This document shows, piece after piece, positions 1 through 9,278 of a DNA stretch of 64,000 bases. This stretch comes from a virus (lineage: Duplodnaviria > Caudoviricetes). The notes below the pieces were generated by a model. The model saw nothing but the letters and a program-made list of their open reading frames with translations. It ran no database searches and was not told the origin of the DNA. The first letter of the stretch is position 1. Each line of letters starts with the position of its first letter. The position numbers and the translations under genes are program-made. The DNA lies in the IMG/VR virus record IMGVR_UViG_3300016643_000312, positions 5,139 through 69,138 of that record; one strand, given 5' to 3'.

Positions 1-671
1 ATTCCAAGCCCAACGAGCTTCTGGCTCCCCTGGGTGTGGAGCGGTCCTACGGCGGCTTCTACCACATCATCGATCCGTACCCTCCGCGGTACAGCCGCAT
101 TTCGGTCAATGCGACGGCGTCCTATTCGGCGCCCTCCCTTACCGTGACGGCGACCGCGCACGGGCTTGAGGTCGGCGACGTGGTGACCTTGGTGACCAGC
201 GCTCCTGCGGCAGTCTCCAACTACACCAATGTGACGGTGGCTACCGTGGCGGACGCCAACACGTTCACCATCGCCGGCTCCCTCGGCGCCCCCGCAACGA
301 CCGTGGCCGGCGTTCGCGCTTGGAAACGGGTCTATCCGTTTGCCCGCGCTGCCTCGACCAAGGGTTACAAGTACGACATTAACAGCTCGTACCTGTCGGC
401 CTCCTACGAGGATTCAATCATCCTCATCAATGAAGTGTTCCACTCCGTGGTCCCGAAGCCCCTGGGCTCGATGGGCGGCATGTCCTTCGATCCGCAGAGC
501 TATCGCGGTGACTTCAAGTGGAAGAACATCGTTGATCGCGAGACCAATCCCGACGGCACCGTCGGGTATTTCCGCGCTCTGTTTGCCAACGGCTCCAAGC
601 CGGTTCGTCCGGAGTGGGGTTACGTGATCCGGCACAAGCGCGGTGAGGCTGCCCTGGACTTTGTGGCTTAA
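1..671 (+). CDS. Major capsid protein, C-terminal part (5' truncated), with an inserted beta-sandwich domain
   Basis: Frame is open from position 3. C-terminus YRGDFKWKNI...NPDGTVGYFRALF...PVRPEWGYVIRHKR resembles capsid proteins of aquatic podovirus-like phages. It heads the structural module. Confidence 0.7.
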   Translation, partial: SKPNELLAPLGVERSYGGFYHIIDPYPPRYSRISVNATASYSAPSLTVTATAHGLEVGDVVTLVTSAPAAVSNYTNVTVATVADANTFTIAGSLGAPATTVAGVRAWKRVYPFARAASTKGYKYDINSSYLSASYEDSIILINEVFHSVVPKPLGSMGGMSFDPQSYRGDFKWKNIVDRETNPDGTVGYFRALFANGSKPVRPEWGYVIRHKRGEAALDFVA

Positions 672-693
672 CCTTTAAAGAGGAGATAATATT

Positions 694-939
694 ATGTCTC
701 TCCCTTTAGAGATTAAGACCCAGGACAACGTCCTCGCGGCCCAGGTCCGTAACGTTCTCGCCAATGGCGGGACGTGGACTGACGTGGTGTCCTTGACGGA
801 TAGCACTGGTGTGGATATCTCGGCTTCGCCGAATACCATCGCCAATGTGACAGACACGCAAACAGCTGAAAATGCCATTGCGCGTCTGACCGCCAAGGTC
901 AACGAGCTGATCGTTCTGGTCAACAACGTCAACGCCTAA
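694..939 (+). CDS. Small putative virion/capsid-associated protein
   Basis: Strong RBS (AGAGGAG), directly after the capsid gene, C-terminal amphipathic helix. Confidence 0.65.
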   Translation: MSLPLEIKTQDNVLAAQVRNVLANGGTWTDVVSLTDSTGVDISASPNTIANVTDTQTAENAIARLTAKVNELIVLVNNVNA

Positions 940-942
940 TGT

Positions 943-978
943 GAACGCCCCCGGGGTTCAAACCCCCGGGGGCCGTTC
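943..978 (+). terminator. GC-rich stem-loop (terminator or mRNA-stabilising hairpin)
   Basis: GAACG-CCCCCGGGG ttcaaac CCCCGGGGG-c-CGTTC right after the stop at 939; no clear U-tract. Confidence 0.55.
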
Positions 979-988
979 CTAACAAAGT

Positions 989-1333
989 ATGATGGAATCC
1001 ATCCTGCTGGTGCTGCCAGGTGGCAAGGTTTCCAAATCTGGACCCGGAAAGTCCGAGGCCAAGGAATCCAAGACTGCTAAGGCGGAAGGCGAAGCCAAAG
1101 TAACCGATAAAGTTACAGGAGTTCGCGTACCGCTCCCGGTAGGTTTTGCCGCTCCGCCCGACACCAAGCCCAGGTCCGAGTTTGAGTTCATGGCCGCCGG
1201 CATCATTGATGGCGGCGAGCTGGTGATCACCAAGCTGGAGGGGCTTCCCGTGCCCAACGATACGCCAAAGGACGAAAAATCCGACGAGGACTTCGTCAAA
1301 ACTATTGAGGAGGGTTTAAAGAATGAAGATTGA
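989..1333 (+). CDS. Acidic hypothetical protein, paralog of 1323..1553
   Basis: Shares P.P.GF.AP...FEFMA.G.I.G..LV.T..EGL.V with the next ORF. Confidence 0.75.
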   Translation: MMESILLVLPGGKVSKSGPGKSEAKESKTAKAEGEAKVTDKVTGVRVPLPVGFAAPPDTKPRSEFEFMAAGIIDGGELVITKLEGLPVPNDTPKDEKSDEDFVKTIEEGLKNED

Positions 1334-1553
1334 GTTTCCGATCCCGGAAGGATTCAACGCCCCTGATGGTGTTCCTGAAGGGGAAAGTTTTGAGTTCATG
1401 GCCGGGGGATATATTTCCGGCAACAACCTGGTCCTGACCTCGGTCGAGGGCTTGGCGGTCGGCGAGGAAAAGAAAGCCGAACCCACAGAAGACGAAATGA
1501 CGGCTCCGGATGACCGCGACTTTGTCGATTCAGTCGAGACCGGTCTCGCCTGA
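1323..1553 (+). CDS. Acidic hypothetical protein, paralog of 989..1333
   Basis: Overlaps the upstream stop; paralogous motif. Confidence 0.75.
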   Translation: MKIEFPIPEGFNAPDGVPEGESFEFMAGGYISGNNLVLTSVEGLAVGEEKKAEPTEDEMTAPDDRDFVDSVETGLA

Positions 1554-1776
1554 GCTGGTGCTCAGGGAACTGGGGCTGGCCATCGTCGAGCAGGCGGTAT
1601 GGGATCTGAGGTATGCCGAGAAATACGGGACCAAAAGTCTTTACCCCGAGGATCTCATGTCCAAGGAACATTTTATCTGGTTTTTTGACCCAAAAAACGA
1701 GCTGTGGCACATGCTGGAGCTCGACGGGGAGGCCATCTGCGACCGGCTTCGGCCGAAGATTGCTGGTTTGAAATGA
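1510..1776 (+). CDS. Hypothetical protein (small phage family with AIVEQAVxD motif; possible regulator)
   Basis: LAIVEQAVWDLR...FIWFF...LELDGEAICDRLR; stop overlaps the next ATG (ATGA). Confidence 0.6.
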   Translation: MTATLSIQSRPVSPELVLRELGLAIVEQAVWDLRYAEKYGTKSLYPEDLMSKEHFIWFFDPKNELWHMLELDGEAICDRLRPKIAGLK

Positions 1777-1988
1777 GCGAAGATTACCAACACGAGTTTC
1801 GGGACCGGCTAGCTCGGATTGAAACCAAGGTCGACATGACCCTAGACCACATCACCAAACACGACAGCCGTATCCACAAAGTGGAAGGGCACATCAACCG
1901 GGGTTACGGGGTGGTCGCTACGGTAACCCTGATTTTTTCAGTTTTAGGTCAATGGATTTGGAGTGCTATTTTCGGCAATCGGCAATAA
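1773..1988 (+). CDS. Holin/antiholin-like protein (coiled coil plus one C-terminal TM)
   Basis: Start reassigned to ATG 1773; RLARIETKVD coiled coil, then hydrophobic VVATVTLIFSVLGQWIW. Confidence 0.6.
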   Translation: MSEDYQHEFRDRLARIETKVDMTLDHITKHDSRIHKVEGHINRGYGVVATVTLIFSVLGQWIWSAIFGNRQ

Positions 1989-1989
1989 T

Positions 1990-2015
1990 TATTGACTTTA
2001 AAAAGGAAATAATTA
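1990..2015 (+). promoter_or_regulatory. TAYTGAC-N13-TA motif (putative short-spacer promoter)
   Basis: TATTGACT TTAAAAAGGAAA TAATTA, 18 nt before ATG 2033. Confidence 0.65.
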
Positions 2016-2032
2016 ATACTAGCCACAACCTT

Positions 2033-2419
2033 ATGCATGCCCTTGCCATCCTGGCGATTGCTGCGGTTTTTACAGGTTGTTCAACAACTCCAAAAGGCGG
2101 CCCTGATTTCAGCGTAGCCGAGACTCGATTGGATTTAGCTTATCAATCCGCCGACCCCGTCACCCGAAAACACCTGGATGAAGCCAGAAAACAATTGGCG
2201 TCCGCAAAACAGCTTTGCCTGACCAACACCGAGGCGTTGGAGCAGGCCGTCAGGGAACGCAACGAGGCTTCCGCCAAGGCCGAGTATTGGGCCGCCAAAC
2301 AGCGTAAAGCGCTTAAGGAACTCTGGTTCTGGAGAGGCGCCCTGATTGTGTCCGTCCTGTTTGCCGCCCGGGGTCCGATTCTCTGGTTAATCAGAAAGTT
2401 TATTGGGATACCCTGGTGA
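2033..2419 (+). CDS. Lipoprotein with C-terminal TM, unimolecular-spanin-like
   Basis: Start at ATG 2033; signal MHALAILAIAAVFTG-C (lipobox), helical core, C-terminal hydrophobic segment; inside the lysis cassette. Confidence 0.6.
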   Translation: MHALAILAIAAVFTGCSTTPKGGPDFSVAETRLDLAYQSADPVTRKHLDEARKQLASAKQLCLTNTEALEQAVRERNEASAKAEYWAAKQRKALKELWFWRGALIVSVLFAARGPILWLIRKFIGIPW

Positions 2420-2757
2420 TCCGCTGGCTTCAATCCAACCTGCAGGGACTGGCGGCCCTTTCGGTGGCCACTATCATCTTCTTTTTTCTGGGCCCTATTC
2501 TGCAAGGTTTCGACACGACCGCCGGCACGGTCGACCTCGGTAGCCTTCACGTTCTGGCTTTTGGGGCCGTTCGTTTTCTTTTTTGTACTTTTCTCGCGTG
2601 GTCGGTCCTGCAACTGGATTGGAAAATCCTGGACCGGTACATTGACCGTGGGGTCTTGCGGGATGACTGGAAGGAATCGGGGGCCAGGACCCGGCTGACG
2701 TTGTTTATCGCCGTGTTCATTGCCCTACTCTTTGCGGCCATCCTGTCGTGCAAATAA
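2416..2757 (+). CDS. Holin-like three-TM membrane protein
   Basis: Three hydrophobic segments; immediately upstream of the endolysin. Confidence 0.6.
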   Translation: MIRWLQSNLQGLAALSVATIIFFFLGPILQGFDTTAGTVDLGSLHVLAFGAVRFLFCTFLAWSVLQLDWKILDRYIDRGVLRDDWKESGARTRLTLFIAVFIALLFAAILSCK

Positions 2758-3281
2758 CCTATGCTTGCGCGCTTTCTCTTGTGCTTACCTCACCGGCTTT
2801 TTTGCTGGGTGATCAGGAAAGTTCGAGGGATCGACTCGTCCACACCGCCCAAACCCAGATTGGGGTGCGAGAAGATACGGGTAGAAACGACGGACGCGTG
2901 GTGGATTCGTACCTGGCCTCCACGGGGCTAGCCGGATCCAGGGCGCCGTGGTGCGCCGCTTTTATTGTTTGGGTCGGGGACACAGCCTTTGGCTCAACTT
3001 TATTTAACCCTTACCCTCGCTCGGCTTGGTCTCCCGTCTTTGTGGCTAAGCCGACCTGGGACCGACAGCGCAGAGGCACACCTCTCAGGCCCGCCGATGT
3101 CTTCGGGATCTGGTTTAACTCGATGGGCCGGGTGGCGCACGTTGGCCTGGTGGAAAAGAACGAGGGGGAGTGGATCGTAACGATCGAGGGCAACACCAAC
3201 GGAGGCGGCAGCCGGGACGGGGACGGGGTTTACCGCCGCCGGCGGATGGCGGTCAATGTGTTGGGCAAGGGTTGGCTATGA
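2748..3281 (+). CDS. CHAP-domain endolysin with hydrophobic N-terminus
   Basis: PWCAAF (catalytic Cys), HVGLVE (His), TIEGNT; N-terminal signal/SAR-like segment. Confidence 0.85.
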   Translation: MQITYACALSLVLTSPAFLLGDQESSRDRLVHTAQTQIGVREDTGRNDGRVVDSYLASTGLAGSRAPWCAAFIVWVGDTAFGSTLFNPYPRSAWSPVFVAKPTWDRQRRGTPLRPADVFGIWFNSMGRVAHVGLVEKNEGEWIVTIEGNTNGGGSRDGDGVYRRRRMAVNVLGKGWL

Positions 3282-3718
3282 GTCAGCACCTTGGGGCTAT
3301 TGCCGTGACTAAGATTTCTTCCGTTCTTTTGGAACACGGTTTTTTGGTAAGCACCCCTGTTTACGATAGCGGTTACGATCTAATCACAGATTACAAAGGT
3401 GTCCTTAAACGGGTGCAGGTAAAAAGCAGCAGTGGCACGGAAGACGGGGTCAAAGGCAGGACCAAACTCAAGTTTTATGCTTTGCGTGGAACGGGGTTTC
3501 AACAAAATGCAGTCAAACGGATTTATGGCCGAAACGAGGTGGACGCTTTTATCTTTTACAACACAAAGCAGAGCGCCGTGTTCGTCGTGCCTTTTGACAA
3601 ACTACCCCGAACCCAGTCGGTGTATTTCGCCCCCAACTGTGAGTGGAGGGAAAATTGGGATGTCCTGCGGGTTGAGCCGGTCAAAAAATCTGGGAGACTA
3701 AAGCATGGCGATCGCTGA
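3278..3718 (+). CDS. Free-standing PD-(D/E)XK endonuclease (homing-endonuclease-like)
   Basis: Start at ATG 3278; YDSGYDLI...KRVQVKS and VDAFIFY motifs. Confidence 0.75.
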   Translation: MSQHLGAIAVTKISSVLLEHGFLVSTPVYDSGYDLITDYKGVLKRVQVKSSSGTEDGVKGRTKLKFYALRGTGFQQNAVKRIYGRNEVDAFIFYNTKQSAVFVVPFDKLPRTQSVYFAPNCEWRENWDVLRVEPVKKSGRLKHGDR

Positions 3719-6700
3719 CCCAGGAAGGCAATACGACGGATTTAGCGCCCTCCCTCTGGGGATGGACTCTTCGTTTGAGCCAAACTTGATTAGCAAACAA
3801 AACTACGCGTTGGGAGTTAATCTGGTTTGCCGGGGAGGAAAAATACAAACCCGCCCAGGGTTTGTCCAAATGGACCTTCAGTCCGATCCAGAGGATCCGG
3901 ATGCGCTAACCGCGTTTCAGTCCGGAGTGTATCAGGGAGGTTGTATTTTTACAGAGCCCGCGTCCCCCGGAGATGTCATTAATTCTTTTACCGGCTCAAG
4001 AGGAAAAACCTATATTATCATAGTTGCAAGTGGATGGATTTTTAGAATTGATCCAAGAAATAAAAAAATCATAAGACTAAACGGCACAACGGGTCAGTTT
4101 ATGGCTGAAAAAACCATTATAGCTGCAAGCGGAAGTGGAACTTCAATTACTGTTGTCACGTCAGGCGATCATGGGTTGAGAGTCGGGGACAAAATTACGG
4201 TATCCGGGTTTACCCCCAACACTTTTAATCCTGCCGGAGAGGTAAACATTACTTCCGTACCCGCTTATAATATTTTTGTTTATACGGTAACTACAAATTT
4301 TGCGTCATTGACCAATGCTTCGGTCGTCGGAACTTATTTCATAAGCCAAACCAGCAAAGGATATTTGTCCCTCCCAAAGTTCATGGATACCACTTATTAT
4401 ACTCTGTCCGTAACCGGGGCTTACCCTGTTACTTACGGTTCAGGGATAACAAACACATCAAAGGTTATTATCGAGGACCCTCAGCCGGTTCGTTTAAGTC
4501 TTGGGTTGACCGGGCAGGGATTTACAGCGCAGACAATTTCTAGTGCCGGCACGGTTTCGTATGTAAATTTGACTAACGGCGGTAGCGGGTTTAGCGATTC
4601 GGCAGCAGCGAACGTTGTCGGGACATCCAACGCTCAGTTAGCCCTTCGGTTCAAAAGAGATTCAACGCAAAACACGAGACCCTGGCCCGACCGAAACCAT
4701 CAAACAAGTCGTCATACATTTTGCCAGGCCGAAAAATTCTTGATCATCCAAGATGGCGTAAACGCCCCCTTTATTTTTGACGGCACATATCTTCGCCGGT
4801 CTTACCTTGGCGGACACCCGGCCTTGTCTTTTGGAGTTGGGAATGGAAAATTGATTAAGGTAGTAGTGACTCACCGCGGGTCTGGTTACACCGCCGCCCC
4901 CTCTGTAACCATTACAGGCGGTGGGACTACTGTTACCCAAGCCACAGCCACGGCAAATTTAAACTCTACAAGTGGCCAACTGGACTCCATTACTCTTACT
5001 AGCGCTGGATCGGGATACACGTCGCTCCCAACTGTGACCATCACTCGGGGCGCCGGCGACACAACCGGCTCCGGAGCCAAAGCTTACGCTGTGCTTGCCT
5101 CCCCTAAAGAGGTGCCCGTCGGCTCCATTATGTCATATGGTCAGGGTCGTTTGTTTGTGACCAGTTCTAATCGATTTGAAATTAAAAGCCTAGATTTTGT
5201 GGGTTCGCACATCAACAAGACAGCTGGGGTTGACTTGCAGGACACAACCTTTTACCCATTAAAAGACCCAAGAAGCTCCATTTTGTTTAACACGGAAGAT
5301 CTTTATTTGTCGGGGGGAGGAAGTTTTTTGATGCCCGCCTACATGGGAAGAATTAGCGGCCTTAGATTTTTACCCACAAAAGACGTTGCGGCAGGGCAGG
5401 GTGACCTTTATGCATTTTGCGAATTTGGCGCTGCCAGTTTTCAAGTAGGGCAGGAACGCTCAACCTGGGGCACAACTGGAAAATTTCAATCTTTGTTGTT
5501 TGACAAGATTGGAGCTGTTGGCCCCGATGCCTTTACCGGCGTCAATGGAGATTTGTTTTTTAGGTCAAACGACGGACTTCGAACTTACCGAAACGCGTCC
5601 GCCTCAAACTCCGATCCGGGCAACACGGCATTAAGCGCTGAGATAGATAAGCTTTTGAAGTTTGAGCCTTTGCCGCTTCTTGGCGATGTCAGCATGGTAT
5701 ATACAGACGATTCGCGATTACTTTTTACAGGGCAACCAAAGGAATACCAGCCGGCGGATGTCAATTCAAGCAGCATCCTCGTCTATAAGGCGCTTATCAG
5801 TTGCGATTTACAGCCTTTAAACCGGTCTATTGCCAAAGGAGGATTGGTCTTTGACGGCATATGGACAGGATTGGATTTTTTACAGCTTTTCAATGGGCAG
5901 TTTGATAGAAAAAACAGAACTTTTATAGTTGCGCTTAGTTGTGATAAATTATCATTGTGGTCTATCAAAGAAAATGCCGCTGAAGATAAACCACTTCCCG
6001 GGCTTGAAAATACCTATAAAACCGAAATATTTAATCGCACCCATGTTTCTAACTTTTTAAAGATTGGTCTTCCGGATCAGATAAACGTAAGATTAAATAA
6101 TAATTCGTCGTCATACTTTATTTTCCAAAAAAACTCCGGCGCGCCTTTTAATTCCGGACCATGGTGGTCTGTTGTAACAACAAATACCACACTTTATTTT
6201 GTTCCACCGGGGGTTGTTTGGGCCCGTCCGCAGGACTTATCTGTATACGGTGATGCTATTACAAATACTTGGAGAATCCTTCAGTATGAGCCGGCTTCAA
6301 ATCGTTTAACCGTAAGCAGGTCACATGCCAGTACAGACGCATCCCAATTGCCCGCAACAGCCTGGTCAGGAGGAGCCGTTTTGCTCAACGACAACAATGT
6401 GTTTGAACTACCTCTTGCCGATTTAAATTCTGAACCCAACACTCAGATTAAACTTGATTTTGAATTTACAAATTCTGCGACAAATTGGACCAATCTTTCG
6501 GTCGGTCAGACCTCAATTGGCGCTGCCGTTTATGTGTTTTATTCGCCGGAACCCCTTGGCCAACAATCAATATTTAAGAACAGCGACTATCCAAGTGTTT
6601 CCAGGTCTAAAAGAATTTACTATTCCCACGCCGCCGGCAATGTCAAACGCGACTCCATCTTTTTGGGCAATTTAAACAAGACGGGGATTTTGTATGTTTA

Positions 6701-7643
6701 CGTTGAGTCGATTGAAACTCTCCCCGGAAGCAATGTTGTCAATTTAACAGCCAGCCTGAAAGGTGTGACCACCGGATCAACGCCAATTACCGCCGAATTG
6801 CAAACCAGGTCCTTTTCTTTTGAATCTATATATGAGCTTAAAAAAATGATTAGGTCGGATTTGTGGATTTCCGAGATGCAGGATGAGCTCAAGATTAATC
6901 TTTATTATCGCCCCGATCAGTACCCCGGTTGGATTTTATGGGATCAGCTCGATTTTAACCGTCAAACTGAAAATAAAGTGGTGGGGCTACCTCTTGAAAC
7001 AATCACGCTAAACAACATCTCCTCCCCCTCACAAGCTTCATACGTTTACGATTTGTCCAAATACCAAAACGACGGCATGGACGGGCTTGGCATGGTGTTT
7101 TCGTTTACTACGGGTGCTACCGGGCCGGGTGGCAATTCTATTAATGTGAGCTATCGAACCTCAAACGTCACTCCCGCGCAAAGAAGCGCCTTGATGGAAG
7201 GGACCCAGGATTATTCAAACTTTGCCGCAGGAATGAGCAGTTTTTCTCTGCCGCTGCCCGTTTCTCAAGCTGAAAAGAGATACGTAAACCTTTTGAACGG
7301 GGGCGAAAAATATCTTTACCTCGACGTCAATTATCCAGTCGTGGTTGTTGGCGGAAGTTATAATTTAAGTATTGATTTGTATAAACTATCCCAAAAAGAA
7401 AGCACACCCAATCAGGCCAATGCCAAAGGGTTTTTTGGGGAATTGAAGAATTTTACACCCCAATATGCCGCACAAATTCGGCTCCCTACTCCAGCGGAGT
7501 TAGAAAATCCCGTATCTAAAACCTTTTTTTCCACCGGACATGAGTTTCAACTGCGGCTTGTTTGGAGTGGAAAACTGCTTCTGCAAAAACTTTTTCTTCA
7601 AGCCAGGGCTCTTGTTGAGAATATTATGGGGAACAGTTTATGA
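3705..7643 (+). CDS. Large tail tube/nozzle (stabilisation-like) virion protein with inserted beta-rich domains
   Basis: 1312 aa; N-terminal DGFSALPLGMDS...NLVCRGGKIQTRPG; GSGYT.APxVTI repeats; position in the tail module. Confidence 0.65.
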   Translation: MAIADPGRQYDGFSALPLGMDSSFEPNLISKQNYALGVNLVCRGGKIQTRPGFVQMDLQSDPEDPDALTAFQSGVYQGGCIFTEPASPGDVINSFTGSRGKTYIIIVASGWIFRIDPRNKKIIRLNGTTGQFMAEKTIIAASGSGTSITVVTSGDHGLRVGDKITVSGFTPNTFNPAGEVNITSVPAYNIFVYTVTTNFASLTNASVVGTYFISQTSKGYLSLPKFMDTTYYTLSVTGAYPVTYGSGITNTSKVIIEDPQPVRLSLGLTGQGFTAQTISSAGTVSYVNLTNGGSGFSDSAAANVVGTSNAQLALRFKRDSTQNTRPWPDRNHQTSRHTFCQAEKFLIIQDGVNAPFIFDGTYLRRSYLGGHPALSFGVGNGKLIKVVVTHRGSGYTAAPSVTITGGGTTVTQATATANLNSTSGQLDSITLTSAGSGYTSLPTVTITRGAGDTTGSGAKAYAVLASPKEVPVGSIMSYGQGRLFVTSSNRFEIKSLDFVGSHINKTAGVDLQDTTFYPLKDPRSSILFNTEDLYLSGGGSFLMPAYMGRISGLRFLPTKDVAAGQGDLYAFCEFGAASFQVGQERSTWGTTGKFQSLLFDKIGAVGPDAFTGVNGDLFFRSNDGLRTYRNASASNSDPGNTALSAEIDKLLKFEPLPLLGDVSMVYTDDSRLLFTGQPKEYQPADVNSSSILVYKALISCDLQPLNRSIAKGGLVFDGIWTGLDFLQLFNGQFDRKNRTFIVALSCDKLSLWSIKENAAEDKPLPGLENTYKTEIFNRTHVSNFLKIGLPDQINVRLNNNSSSYFIFQKNSGAPFNSGPWWSVVTTNTTLYFVPPGVVWARPQDLSVYGDAITNTWRILQYEPASNRLTVSRSHASTDASQLPATAWSGGAVLLNDNNVFELPLADLNSEPNTQIKLDFEFTNSATNWTNLSVGQTSIGAAVYVFYSPEPLGQQSIFKNSDYPSVSRSKRIYYSHAAGNVKRDSIFLGNLNKTGILYVYVESIETLPGSNVVNLTASLKGVTTGSTPITAELQTRSFSFESIYELKKMIRSDLWISEMQDELKINLYYRPDQYPGWILWDQLDFNRQTENKVVGLPLETITLNNISSPSQASYVYDLSKYQNDGMDGLGMVFSFTTGATGPGGNSINVSYRTSNVTPAQRSALMEGTQDYSNFAAGMSSFSLPLPVSQAEKRYVNLLNGGEKYLYLDVNYPVVVVGGSYNLSIDLYKLSQKESTPNQANAKGFFGELKNFTPQYAAQIRLPTPAELENPVSKTFFSTGHEFQLRLVWSGKLLLQKLFLQARALVENIMGNSL

Positions 7644-7855
7644 GCCTGGAGCTAAGTGATTCATCGGCTTCTTATCTTGAGGTGGAACCGTTTTCCCCCT
7701 TTTTGTACACCACAGAAATTTGCGACACAGGAGTGCTGGATATCGAGATATTAATCGAGCCGGGCACCGTCAATATATTTGGCGCGTCCTTCGCTTTTGC
7801 TGAAGCCCTCCAGGATCAGTCCAGCAATCCATTATTGACAGAGAGCCGTTCATAA
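7640..7855 (+). CDS. Small acidic virion-module protein
   Basis: ATGA overlap with the upstream gene; ends LQDQSSNPLLTE. Confidence 0.55.
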   Translation: MSLELSDSSASYLEVEPFSPFLYTTEICDTGVLDIEILIEPGTVNIFGASFAFAEALQDQSSNPLLTESRS

Positions 7856-7858
7856 GGT
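7833..7858 (+). promoter_or_regulatory. TAYTGAC-N13-TA motif
   Basis: TATTGACA GAGAGCCGTTCA TAAGGT, 19 nt before ATG 7877. Confidence 0.65.
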
Positions 7859-7876
7859 AAAACTCAGAGGCCGGAT

Positions 7877-8506
7877 ATGCCAAAAATCACAGAGCTTATT
7901 TCTGTTGCGGGCGCATTAACTGCGTCGGATGTGTTTCCAGTCGTAAACTCCTCGACCACCAAAAAAATAACTCTTTCCGGCTTGCGGGACAACATCTTGC
8001 TCGGCGGAGCTGTAACCTCCAACATATTGGCCGACAGTGCCGTGACCTCGGCTAAGATTAGTGCTGGAGCGGTGACAAACTCCCAGGTTACTCAAGGCAG
8101 CCTTAGCCAGGATCGTTTGGCCACGGTAGCGGGGCTGACGGCCCAAGCTTACGGCTCAGCGACCGCAATACCCGTGGTCACCCTTACGGGGCAGGGAACT
8201 GTTTCCGCGGCCTCAACGGCGGCTGTTAGAAGCATGGCAAGCGCGGCGGTTTATCAGCCCATTAACGGCGCTCGGTTTAATCTTTTCCGCCTTACTTATG
8301 CAATTGTCATGCAAACAGCCATTACTTCTGGTTTTTCCTCTGGCAGTGGCACCGCCACTTTGGCCGGGGAAGGTGCCGGCGGCCCTGTCTCAAGTTTTCC
8401 CATCGGGGCCACCATACCCGCCGGCACTCTTGTTTATGTTACCTATTCGCTTTTAAGCTCCTCCGCTCAAAATTGGTATATGTCATTTGGATTTACTTAC
8501 GCTTAA
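7877..8506 (+). CDS. Tail fibre-related protein
   Basis: KITEL...DVFPVV...TKKITL N-terminus, ILADSAVTSAKI repeat, TAQAYGSATAIPVVT motif. Confidence 0.7.
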   Translation: MPKITELISVAGALTASDVFPVVNSSTTKKITLSGLRDNILLGGAVTSNILADSAVTSAKISAGAVTNSQVTQGSLSQDRLATVAGLTAQAYGSATAIPVVTLTGQGTVSAASTAAVRSMASAAVYQPINGARFNLFRLTYAIVMQTAITSGFSSGSGTATLAGEGAGGPVSSFPIGATIPAGTLVYVTYSLLSSSAQNWYMSFGFTYA

Positions 8507-8509
8507 GTT

Positions 8510-9268
8510 ATGTTGATCTCCGTACATTCAGGGTCTCCTTACAATATCAGGATTGGCTCTGAAAATATTAACACTTATGAAGTAAATTTAAGAGAAAATT
8601 TTTTATTTGAGTTTCCTAATGTCTTGACGCCTGTTATTGTGAATTTTTTCGTTAGCGGCAATATTGGCAGCAGAAGTGTCAACACGCCCGCTTTGACCAC
8701 TGGGACGGGTTGGCCTTCTGGTTCTAGACTTACTTTGGTTGTCCCGGATGTAACTAACTTTTCCGGCCCCGGCGGTCAAAACTCTCCCTTTAACGGTCTT
8801 ATTGTTGGAGCAGGAGGCCGAGGCGGTCCCGGTTGGCCCCAAAATCCACGGCCTGACGGGGTAAATCCCTCTTCCGATCAGGGTGAGCCCGGGGGTCCCG
8901 CTATTTCATTGGGGTACAACCTGGATATTATAAACAACGGGATTATTGGGGGCGGGGGGCAGGGATCTAATTTTATTACGTTTCCTGGGGGTGTAAGGAC
9001 CGCTTCAGGTTACGGCGGTGCAGGTATAAACGCTGGGACAGGTGTTTCCGGAGGGACAGCCACTTATCGGGTGGGGCAGGGCCCTGCTTCTGGCGGTAAT
9101 CGGGGTGGCGACCTTGGGCAAGCCGCGCACGGAGTCACTAATCCGCTTAATGCTCCTTTTATTGTTTTAAACAATTTTCAATACTCTATTTTGGGTGGGG
9201 GCCAAACATTTGGAGGCGAGGCCCCTAGCGCGAATCAATCCACTTGGGGAAGGATTGCTCAAACTTAA
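8510..9268 (+). CDS. Glycine-rich tail tip/adhesin protein
   Basis: NGLIVGAGGRGG, GGPAI, NNGIIGGGGQG glycine-rich motifs. Confidence 0.7.
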   Translation: MLISVHSGSPYNIRIGSENINTYEVNLRENFLFEFPNVLTPVIVNFFVSGNIGSRSVNTPALTTGTGWPSGSRLTLVVPDVTNFSGPGGQNSPFNGLIVGAGGRGGPGWPQNPRPDGVNPSSDQGEPGGPAISLGYNLDIINNGIIGGGGQGSNFITFPGGVRTASGYGGAGINAGTGVSGGTATYRVGQGPASGGNRGGDLGQAAHGVTNPLNAPFIVLNNFQYSILGGGQTFGGEAPSANQSTWGRIAQT

Positions 9269-9278
9269 AAATCAAATT

